From the IMG/VR virus record IMGVR_UViG_3300040806_002135, positions 1-56,526 of that record: a stretch of DNA of 56,526 nt, one strand, 5' to 3'. The stretch is from a virus (Duplodnaviria > Caudoviricetes). The notes under the pieces were generated by a model, which saw nothing but the letters and a program-made list of their open reading frames with translations, was not told the DNA's origin and did no database searches. Position 1 is the stretch's first letter; the number at the start of each line of letters is the position of its first letter. Positions 15,677 through 24,900 of the stretch are shown here, piece after piece. The translations under genes and the position numbers were made by a program.

Positions 15677-18049
15677 ATGCCACCCACCACTGACGAGGAG
15701 GGGTGGCTGCACCGACGGGATGCAGCCATCCGCCGATATCATGAGTTGGGCCTGTGCCCAATTCCGTTACGGGGAAAGATCCCTCGTAGAAAGGCTTGGC
15801 AAAACGAGGAGCAGTATCGCAAGCCGGTTGAGGAAGTCCTACGGATGTTCCGGCCAGAGGATAACGTTGGCTTGTTGTGTGGAATCCAGATGAAGGATGG
15901 CCGGTTTCTGAAGGGGATTGATTATGATGATCTGAAGATGTGGGAGGAACACGGTGGGAATACAGACATCTCTTGGTTTTCAAGGGGTTCCATCGTCAAG
16001 ACCGGATCGGGGAAGTTCCATCACTATGTGTTGAGTGATGACCCAAACAAGTTTGTCTTTGGAGGAAGAAGTGATCCCACCCACGGCGGAGAAGTTCAAG
16101 GGGTAGGAACCCAGTGCGTGGCTCCACCATCGATTCATCCTGACACTGGGAAGGAATATCTCTGGGGTCAGGAGGACTGGGAGAATCTGGCTTTTGTACC
16201 GGACTCCCTGCTGAAGTATCACTACCCACCAGCGAAGGAAAAAAAGAAATTCGCTGGAGGGAGTACTGCCAAAACTGACAAAAAGACAGTAATCAAGGCT
16301 GTGGCCCCTACTGTTCAACCAGCCGGTGAGGTTTACTACGACTACAGCACCATCGATTTCATTGCACTGTTCCGTGCCCGTGGCTGGGTAATCCAAGAGA
16401 CGGGGGAGAGTGTCTACGTTCTCTGCCCGAACCGTGGGCAGCACAGCAAGGATACCGATGGAACATCTTCTACCGTGATCCTCCGCACGGATTCTGGTGG
16501 GCAACGGTTCAAGTGTCTACATGGACATTGCGAACAGTTAAGTGACCGGGACGAGTTGGTCAAGTTGCTCGGTGGAAAGGATATACTGGAGGGATATGCT
16601 CAGAAGATCATGCAGGCGGACACAGACTTTGACCGGCGGTACAAGGCTCAGATTGAGTCTGAAGCAAAACCAACGGCAGAGGAGTTAAGAGAGTCTGCAA
16701 AGAAGGAGGAGTCCAAGGAGAAAGGGATCATTGCGCCACCGTCCCTGTTGGAGCCTCCTGGGGCAGTAGGAGATCTTGTCCGTTGGATGAATGCCTCAAC
16801 CAGCGCCCCAATCCCGATCCTGCATGTGGGGGCCTCCATCGCCTTTGCCGGAGGGTTGTTGGGTCATTCGTACCAAGGACTCAATGGGGCACGTCCCCAG
16901 ATCTATGTGGTGGGATTGGCCGAAACCGGAACAGGGAAGGAACACGCCCGAACCGTATTGCGGAACATTGCTGATGCTGCAGGGGTAGGGAGTCGTTTTG
17001 TCGATGGCGAGATGTCTGGTTCCAGAGCATTGGAAATCACAATGGAAAAACGCCAAGGCCGGATGATCTGGTTATTGGATGAATTCGGACGGGCGATGAA
17101 GCCGATTCTGGCTGGAGGAAGCAATGGCTCCAGTTTCCAGCAATCGTTGGCTCAGACGATCATGAAGATGGATGGGTTGATCAACAGCACCTACGATGGC
17201 CAGCACTATGCGGATGGCCAGCCTGGGAAGGCCAAGGGTAAGCATACGGTATCGATCAAGTTTCCGGTCCTGTCGATTTATGGAACCACCGTCCCCAAGA
17301 ACTATGTTGGGATTCTGAAGCTGGAACACATTGCCGATGGATACATCAACCGTTTCCTTCATGTTCGCAGTTGGGAACCTGCGCCAATCCATCGGCCCTT
17401 GAATCAGCAGTTTCTGGCTGCAGATCCACCGGGGCATCTGGTGGAAACGGTGAAGCGTTGGGAGACATTGTCTCTGGAGGATGGGGTAGGGATTGGGAAC
17501 ATCCCCTTCGTTGCAGAGGATGCAACCTTTGAACCTCGGAAGGCCCGTGTGATGATCGCCGATGAGGATGCTGTCCAAGTCTACATGGACTTTGAAACAG
17601 AGATTGCCGAATGGAGAGCCTCCTTGGACAAGGATCTGGAGGGAGCAGGGGATCTGTTGGGACGCAGTGCTTGGAAGGTCCGCAAGGTAGCCTTGATTTT
17701 GGCAGCAGCAGACGAGCGTCCTGTGGTGGACAGAGAGATCATGCAGTACGCAGTCGATCTCGTTCGGTATTCTGAAAAGGTGGTGGAGGCGATGTTGCCG
17801 AACATCGGAGAGGACAATCCCGAACGTTCAAGACAACTGAATTCCATCGTCAATTACATCACAAAACAGAAAAAGAAAGGCCGCTCCCCGATGGACATCT
17901 CCAATCGATTCCGTGGGATTGAAAAGCGGATGAGGAAGGAGTACTTGGAGACGCTCATCGATGGCGGAGAGATTGTTCAGATCATCGAAGGAGAGGGAGT
18001 TTCCAAGAGGAGCCGGTACGTCAGTGCAAGGTGGGCGGACAATGGTTGA
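15677..18049 (+). CDS. Bifunctional primase-polymerase fused to a DUF3987-type helicase
   Basis: PIPL.GK.P, NVGL, IDYD, TGSGKFH, VAPPSIHP..G..Y.W; CP...H...C.H.HC Zn module; AETGTGK and LDEFG. Confidence 0.9.
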   Translation: MPPTTDEEGWLHRRDAAIRRYHELGLCPIPLRGKIPRRKAWQNEEQYRKPVEEVLRMFRPEDNVGLLCGIQMKDGRFLKGIDYDDLKMWEEHGGNTDISWFSRGSIVKTGSGKFHHYVLSDDPNKFVFGGRSDPTHGGEVQGVGTQCVAPPSIHPDTGKEYLWGQEDWENLAFVPDSLLKYHYPPAKEKKKFAGGSTAKTDKKTVIKAVAPTVQPAGEVYYDYSTIDFIALFRARGWVIQETGESVYVLCPNRGQHSKDTDGTSSTVILRTDSGGQRFKCLHGHCEQLSDRDELVKLLGGKDILEGYAQKIMQADTDFDRRYKAQIESEAKPTAEELRESAKKEESKEKGIIAPPSLLEPPGAVGDLVRWMNASTSAPIPILHVGASIAFAGGLLGHSYQGLNGARPQIYVVGLAETGTGKEHARTVLRNIADAAGVGSRFVDGEMSGSRALEITMEKRQGRMIWLLDEFGRAMKPILAGGSNGSSFQQSLAQTIMKMDGLINSTYDGQHYADGQPGKAKGKHTVSIKFPVLSIYGTTVPKNYVGILKLEHIADGYINRFLHVRSWEPAPIHRPLNQQFLAADPPGHLVETVKRWETLSLEDGVGIGNIPFVAEDATFEPRKARVMIADEDAVQVYMDFETEIAEWRASLDKDLEGAGDLLGRSAWKVRKVALILAAADERPVVDREIMQYAVDLVRYSEKVVEAMLPNIGEDNPERSRQLNSIVNYITKQKKKGRSPMDISNRFRGIEKRMRKEYLETLIDGGEIVQIIEGEGVSKRSRYVSARWADNG

Positions 18050-18584
18050 GGTGAAGCTGACACCATCGCAAATCATGATGGCAGCACACTGTGGAACGAT
18101 GCGACAGACAATGAATCTAAAAAACAGAAAGCCTGCTACCTATGGGGCCGGTCATTTGAATGACTGGCAACTTCATATCGAAGGATGCTTGGGCGAGATG
18201 GCTGTGGCGTCGTATTTAAATTTGTATTGGGACGGGAATCTAGGATTTTTTTCAAAAGCCGACGTGGGTTCCCTTGAAGTCCGAACGGCCTCCAATCATC
18301 GATACAATTTGATTCTGCATCCAGCAGACAAGGATGACTCCAAATTCATTTTACTGACAGGGCTCAATGGATCGTATCAGATCCACGGTTGGATCTATGG
18401 ACGGGAAGGGAAAAAAGAAGAATTCTGGAGAGATCCCTTGGGAGGAAGACCAGCGTTTTTTGTGGGGAAGGAGCATCTCCATCCGATAGAAACCATCATG
18501 AACGGGACTGAATCAATTTCTCCAGATACACCACCGCATCCAGCAACTCCTCCTGCAGATGCCTCAACCAGTCCACTTCCGTAA
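18042..18584 (+). CDS. Hypothetical protein, nuclease-like fold
   Basis: G.LGE.AVA.YL...ADVG.LEVRT degenerate PD-(D/E)XK pattern. Confidence 0.7.
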   Translation: MVEVKLTPSQIMMAAHCGTMRQTMNLKNRKPATYGAGHLNDWQLHIEGCLGEMAVASYLNLYWDGNLGFFSKADVGSLEVRTASNHRYNLILHPADKDDSKFILLTGLNGSYQIHGWIYGREGKKEEFWRDPLGGRPAFFVGKEHLHPIETIMNGTESISPDTPPHPATPPADASTSPLP

Positions 18585-18696
18585 GGTCTGTGCGGTCCAT
18601 CGTGGTCCCATATTTTGCATGGCCGACAGCAGCCCGTTGGACAATCCGGCTGGCAATGGCTGAATTGATGGAGTCAATCTCCGATATATTACTCAT
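18496..18696 (-). CDS. Small conserved phage protein (MazG-like helical motif)
   Basis: R..VG..KYGTT.DR.DL...DWL.HLQEELLDAVVYLEKL. Confidence 0.75.
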   Translation of the reverse strand: MSNISEIDSINSAIASRIVQRAAVGHAKYGTTMDRTDLTEVDWLRHLQEELLDAVVYLEKLIQSRS

Positions 18697-18860
18697 ATCG
18701 GCTAGAATCTATAAAATAAGTAATGATTTCAGTAGGGAGGGCACAGACTGAAAATCCGTGTGTCGCAGGTTCGATTCCCGCTCTGGCCACCAGTAAACAT
18801 CAGGGATAGCGGGTTCTTAGACGGCTAGACAATATCTCCGATAACTCCGATGATCGGAGA
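18677..18860. repeat. Arm-type-like CTCCGAT repeats flanking the attP core
   Basis: ATCTCCGATA 18677-18686 and 18834-18843, AACTCCGATG 18843-18852, inverted ATCGGAGA 18853-18860. Confidence 0.6.
18746..18792 (+). mobile_element. attP: attP core: 3' half of tRNA-Phe(GAA)
   Basis: GACTGAAAATCCGTGTGTCGCAGGTTCGATTCCCGCTCTGGCCACCA has anticodon loop, T-arm and CCA; no D-arm or correctly spaced 5' acceptor strand. Confidence 0.88.
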
Positions 18861-18996
18861 AATGCCAGCCAGCCCAGAAGTTTAAGAATGACCGTTCTTT
18901 TGCACTTCACACCAAATTTTCCACAACGCTAGTTAGAAAAATTTATTTCGGACTGGCTGAACATGTTGGATAGTCTATAGACGAATTGGCTAAAAA

Positions 18997-21900
18997 TCAA
19001 TCCGCAGTTTGAGCAAATCTTTCCACTCTGTCGTTGAGTGTCTGCATTCGTCTGGTAATCAGTTTCTCAATAGCTTCGATGGAACTACGAGAAGCGTTTT
19101 TCTTGAGCATCTCTCGTTTCCTCTTCTGCAGTTTCCTCACCGCTGTCTCCACCTGTCCTGCAAATCCTGCCAGCCGTGCCTCTGGGAATTCCCGTAGGTA
19201 TTCGGCAACATTTTCCCGATTCGCTCTACGTCCATTGACTTCTGCCTCATGCTCATTGAGGCGGGTAATGTTTGTGTAAAAACGATTGCTGGTGGCAGCA
19301 CTAGATTCGGTGTTGCCGTAAAACCGACCTGCCAAGGGAATCTTGTACGGAGGCAATTCTTCTCCGGTGACGGCACTGGAAAGAGTTTGTTCCGCCTTCA
19401 ATAATTCGCGTCCGACACCACCAAAGGCTTGTCCCACAAGGTAGTCCAGTTGATCCGGTGTTGGAGAGAACAGTCCTTTCTGGTAATCGGTCCCCCCGCT
19501 GGCAGCGTTGAGGAAGTAGGCCAAGTAGGTATTGAGAGTGGAAGCGGTATCCTTTGCGCGGGTGTACCCAGGAGTCGGACGGGTACTGACCATGTCCTCC
19601 TTAGCAATCGGGCTACCCGTCCAGTCGCGGTTTTCGGACAAGGCTACCAGTGGATCTGCAACGGTAGGAGCAATGGTCTGCACCGACCAGCCAGCGTTGC
19701 CGATGGGGTTGAAGGCATCCAAGAAGGAGCCTGTGAATTGGCCCACCCGTTTTGCGGTATCTCGGCCACCGGAGAGTACAAACTCGGTAAGAATCCGGCT
19801 GGTATTTGGAATGATATGCAATCCCAGTGGCATCGGGATGGTGAGGTAACCGCCTCCGACCAAAGGAAGAATGATATTTTTTTCACGCACAAAGTACGGT
19901 GGTTCATCCTCATCAAAGTCTGCAGCCTCCAGCAGTAACGCTTGCGCCGTACCCAGCAGGAGTCCGCCCTTGAGGATTTTTGCTCCGGCAGGACCCTTCA
20001 TGGTTTCATACATCCGTGCCGTGCCTTGGACCGCTGCATTGAAGAAGGAGTAGAGAGCCCCAGCTTGTGTGGCAATCTGACCCTTTCGGTTGAAGTTGAC
20101 CGTCAGGTTTTTTGCCAGTGAGGCTGCGGCCTGTTTGCTCATCCCTTCTTCCTTGGCTACCTTGTAAGCAGAAAGCCGGACAGCATTTTCCATCGCTTCG
20201 TTGTAGTCGGACAGCCAATCCCGAATGGCATTCAAGGTCTTCATTGGTTTGCCTGCAGACAAGCCTTTGAGTTCCTTTTCCAAGGCGGTGGCCCGTTCGT
20301 CAGATCGGGCGAACATGTCTTTGTATCCAGTCTGACCACCTTCCTGCTGGAACTCTTCCCAAAGCTGAGAATATTGGTTCTGGCGGTTGGTATCTTTCCG
20401 TAGGACTGCATAGATGCCCTTGAGGGCAAGAGGGGTTCCTGCGAAGACTTGCCTTTGTTTGTTGCCGATGGGAGTGCTGGTCAGGTTGATCAGGGCTCCC
20501 TGCACGTCTCGGATGAGGTTGACGACACCAAAGATTGGGTTGTACTGAGTATTGACAGAGGTCATCCATCGGGTGACATTGCCCAGGATTCCCATGACCC
20601 GACCAAGCTGATCGGCATCTAGGTTCTTGAGGGACCGGACCATACGTTGGCTGGATGGGTTCTTGGCGTTGAAGATGACAAACTTATCCTGTCCATTGAT
20701 ACGGGTGGAAAGGTAGTTGTCAGAGTTTCGGATGGAAGCATTGATCCGGCTGACCTTCAACCCAGTTCTTGTGTCTGTGGATGAGGTGACTGGTTCCTTG
20801 GCAAAGTTTTCAGCCATGTCCGAAGGCAGACCCATGTTCTTTAAGGTTTGTGCCAACTGCCGGACATCCTTTTGTCCAGCAGGATCGATGACCAACCAAA
20901 AGTCGGTGTTCGGATTTTGTGCAGCCAACCCGTAGACGGCTTGGGCTACCTTGTTTTTGTTGGATCGGGTGATCGCCCGTTCGCGTTGCAGGGCCACGTT
21001 GGCAAGGACATCGATGACGCCTCGTTCGGAACCAACGGCACGGCGGGAAGCAGGATTGCGGACATCGTATCCCTGACCGATTCCGGCCCCAGGTTGCATC
21101 GGTTGGAAGTCAAACTCTTCGCGTAGGAGGGGAACATACTTTTTGTAAACGTCTTCCCAAGTATCCACCGTTTCTGCAGATTCCAAGGAGGAATCCTTGA
21201 GGATCTGACGGGTCTGGGAGGTGATGTTGTCCACCCGTTGGGCCAGTTGTTCAAAGACCCTGCGTTTTTGTGGTGATAGGTTGGCTAGGTAGTCTCTGGC
21301 TTCTGCAGTGGTCCGTCCAGATCCTTTGTCAGGCATGTCAGGATTGACCTTGGCCATCTGGATGTTGCGCTCTTCGGCATGGCGGTTCCAGAGGTAGTTG
21401 TCAAAATCCTTGATGCTGACACCAAATCGTTGAAGGTCTTCCATGAGTGGCTGTAGTTCGTTCGTCAGGAAATCCTTCGTCTCCTTGGCAGTACGTCCGT
21501 GGTAGAGTTCTTCCTGCAGATATGGGTTCCAACGTTCATCAATGTTACCGACAGCCTCCTTGATGGATTCGACCACCCGTTTGGTATCGATCATCTTGTC
21601 TTGCATCGTATAGAGGTAGTCATCGATCTTCGATTCTGTCGGAGTTGTCCAGTTCGACAGTGGAACCTGACCCCCAATTAGGTTGGACGTGGGGCGGCTG
21701 GAGTATCGAACCCTTGCTGATCCGTATTCAATACGGTCACGAAGTTCTTGATTGATACGTCCTACTAAGGCTTCTCTTGGACTGACTCCTGACTCTATAG
21801 GAATTTCACGATATTCTTCTGGTTTTGCTTTGGCTTTGTTCCCACTGCCAACAACAAAATCTGTTGTTTGCTCTTTAAGGTAAGTGGCACGGCGATCAGA

Positions 21901-24900
21901 AGGAACATTTCTCAAAACATCTTTAACTGCTTTTTCAACATCATAGAGGCGAGGTTTTAAATCCTTGTTATCGTCCAAAACTCTTTGAACAATACTATTG
22001 TAATCTTTCTTGCTGATTCGGGCCGGAGGCTCTTTTAAATTTTCAGTCTTAAAACGTTCTTTTTCTTCGGCAGTCTGTTCTGCTCCTTCCTCCTCTTCCA
22101 CATCCCTTGTCCCTCGCTGTGCCCCCTCAATGATATTCCCATTCCCATCAACAAATTCCTGTTGAACCTGTTGCATGATTTTCTTCAACGCCGTTTCCGA
22201 ATACTGGCGCAGTCCCAGAGAACTCAGGACGTTCTGAACCAGATTTTCAAGGAATCCAACGTCTCTGGCTCCTGTTTCTGCAAAGTTCTTGGCAATGTAC
22301 TCTTCAATCTGGGTATTGCGGTCCTTGTTCACATAAGGCTGGGCATCTTTTGTCTTCAGCCATGCATCCACCTTTTTCCCATTCTTGATCCCAAAGTTCT
22401 TGATGAAGTCATTGAACTTTTCTCCCATCAGACCCCGTAGGCCAGCGTGGCCCAGTGCCTCATGGAAGGTGACTTCAACCATCCGATCCACTGCCTCACG
22501 GAGGTTCTTCCCTTGGATCTGATCGGCGATCAGCACAATGTTTCCGGTATCTGTCAGTGTGAATCCTTCTTCCAGGGAGTCTTCACGATTGGCCAGACCT
22601 GCTGCATCCCGATCCCGTCCCATTTCCTGCAGCTTGGCCACTGCTTCAGCCTTGTTGGCAACGACGGTCACCCGATCTCCGTTGGGGTCCAGCTTCTTGA
22701 GTACCGACTTGACTCCTTCCATTGCAGCCTTGACCTGCCGCGCCGTCAACTTCGTAGACGGACCTGCAGCATTGGTGGGACGGCTGGTGGCAGAGTAGGA
22801 GAAGCGTAGCCCCCGTGGGTTCCCATCGATAGTGTATTCTTCGTCACGGATATTGAACTCTTGTGCGTTGGGATCATAAAGACCCCCCTCATCAAATCCG
22901 ACTTCATTGGTCCCTCCAGACTCCCGCAAAGCGGCAGCGCCACGATCCTGCTCAATATCTGATCCTTGGTCTGCGATCAGTCGGGCTAGTTCTGATTGGG
23001 TGTCTGTTTCCGCAGTCTCAGAAAGTCCTTCGGCTTCCAGTGCAGCCAAGTCTTCTACCGATGGACCACTTTCCTCATCATAGATGGAAGCGAACTCCTC
23101 CAATGATGCAGTATCCACCGTCTCGGTTTCTAGCTTTGCGTTGGCAATTTCTTCCCTGGTAGCAAGTCCTCCTTCGCGGAGTTGTTGGAGCAGTTGCTGG
23201 GCTAACCGTAGTTGACTGATTTCATCATCAGGATTGAGTGCTTGGCGGTTTACTTCTTTTCGGAAAAGACCGTTGAAGCGTTGGCGATCTGCCAGCGGAA
23301 GTGCTTCCACTGCATTGCCCACTTCCTGCTCCAACCGATCCACTTCTGCTTGGTAAGGTTTGTATGCCTCTCCAACCTGGTTATCCAGTTTGTTAAACGC
23401 CACCCTAAGATCATAAAGTCTTTTCCTTTCTGCATTTTCTTCGGGAGTTAAATTGTCTTTATTAAATTTCCCGTTCTTTTTCCCCTTTTCGACCAAAGCC
23501 TTGTGTTTTGCACCAGCCTGTTCTGCCTCAATCCCCATCTCCTCCTGCTGCCTCTCCAAATCAAGGATAGCCTGGAACTCAGAACTCAGGTTACTGGATG
23601 TTTCCTCCGGTAATCTTTCCGGTAAGGGTGCTGTTTCTTCGACAACAGGTTCTGTTTGATTTAATTCAGCAAGGCGTTCATCAATTTTTTCCTTTAGACT
23701 TTTATTGGATGCCAGTTCAGCTTTGGTGGGATCTGTTTGAAAAGCCTCATCCATTAGTTGGGCTGCTCTTTCAAGTTTTTGACGATCCCTAGAATAACCT
23801 AAGTTACTATAAATAGTGGCTAGTTCTATTTTTCCTTCAGGCGATGTCAGATCAATTTGACTTTCCCCACTTTGCAAGGCTTCAAAAGGAATATCTCCTG
23901 GTAGATACCCGTAGTCCTTTTTGAGGTTGCCTTCAAGTAATCTGGCTATTTCAAATGCAGCATTGTCCTGATCGTAAATTTGGCCTACAGAAGCTTGACG
24001 ATCCGCTTTTAATTTTAAGTTCTCGTCAAGTTTCCCGATGGCTTGGGCTTTGCTGTAGAAGATTCCCCTTGGAAAAACTTTGCGCGGGACTACCAAGTTT
24101 GGAGCCTGTTCCACCGATGCCAACAACTTGCTCAAGGCAGGTGCAATTTGTTGAACCTGTTCTGGATTGGCTAGTCGGTACGGGTTGATTTCCGCAATCA
24201 GTTCTTCCGCACTCAGCAAATAGTTGAAGAACTGCTTGTCAATATTCCGACCTTCAGTATCCGCTTCTTGCACCCGTTGTCGCAACCCAGGGTAGAGAAA
24301 TTCTTCAATAGCCTTGAGTTCATTCCTGACGGCACTGTTTGCGTTGATTTTATCGCCTAGCAAAGAATGGGAGGCGTGTCCGAATTCATGGGCTAGTAAA
24401 TATCCGATTCTGGATTTATCTGAATCAAATTCACTACGGCCAGAGATTCCTACTCCTCCATTAAAGTGTCCGGCAGACCAGCTAGTCAATCCTTCAAACA
24501 CAAAAACGTTTGGAAGAGCCTGAGAGTATCTTGATTGAATCAAACCATCGATACCATCATCTAAAACTGGTTTTTGGTCTTGGTATCCAATCTCCTCAAA
24601 TTTCTCTCTGACTCTTTGAGGATTAGTGATTATTTCTTCTTCTGTGCCTCCACTGGGACGGGCATTCTCATCAAACGGAGCATCCGGCTCCAAGTCCGGC
24701 TGATCTCTCCGATTCACCAACGTTGGGGCTTCTGGTGGAGCAAATATATTTTTTGGGATTGCTCCAGCAGTATCGTCCGTTACCCGCCCATTGTTCGTTT
24801 TACCCTCTTTATTAATTGCAGGTAGAACTGGAGTTTCTGGAGCGACAGTCTCCTGTTCCAGTGGAGACTGAAACGCTGGGCCTTCCTCGGTAGTGGAGGC

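Noticed and set aside
18700-18792. Complete phage tRNA-Phe gene
   Set aside because: No D-arm; the GGCTAGA that could pair with the acceptor strand is about 17 nt too far upstream; the anticodon stem is mismatched.
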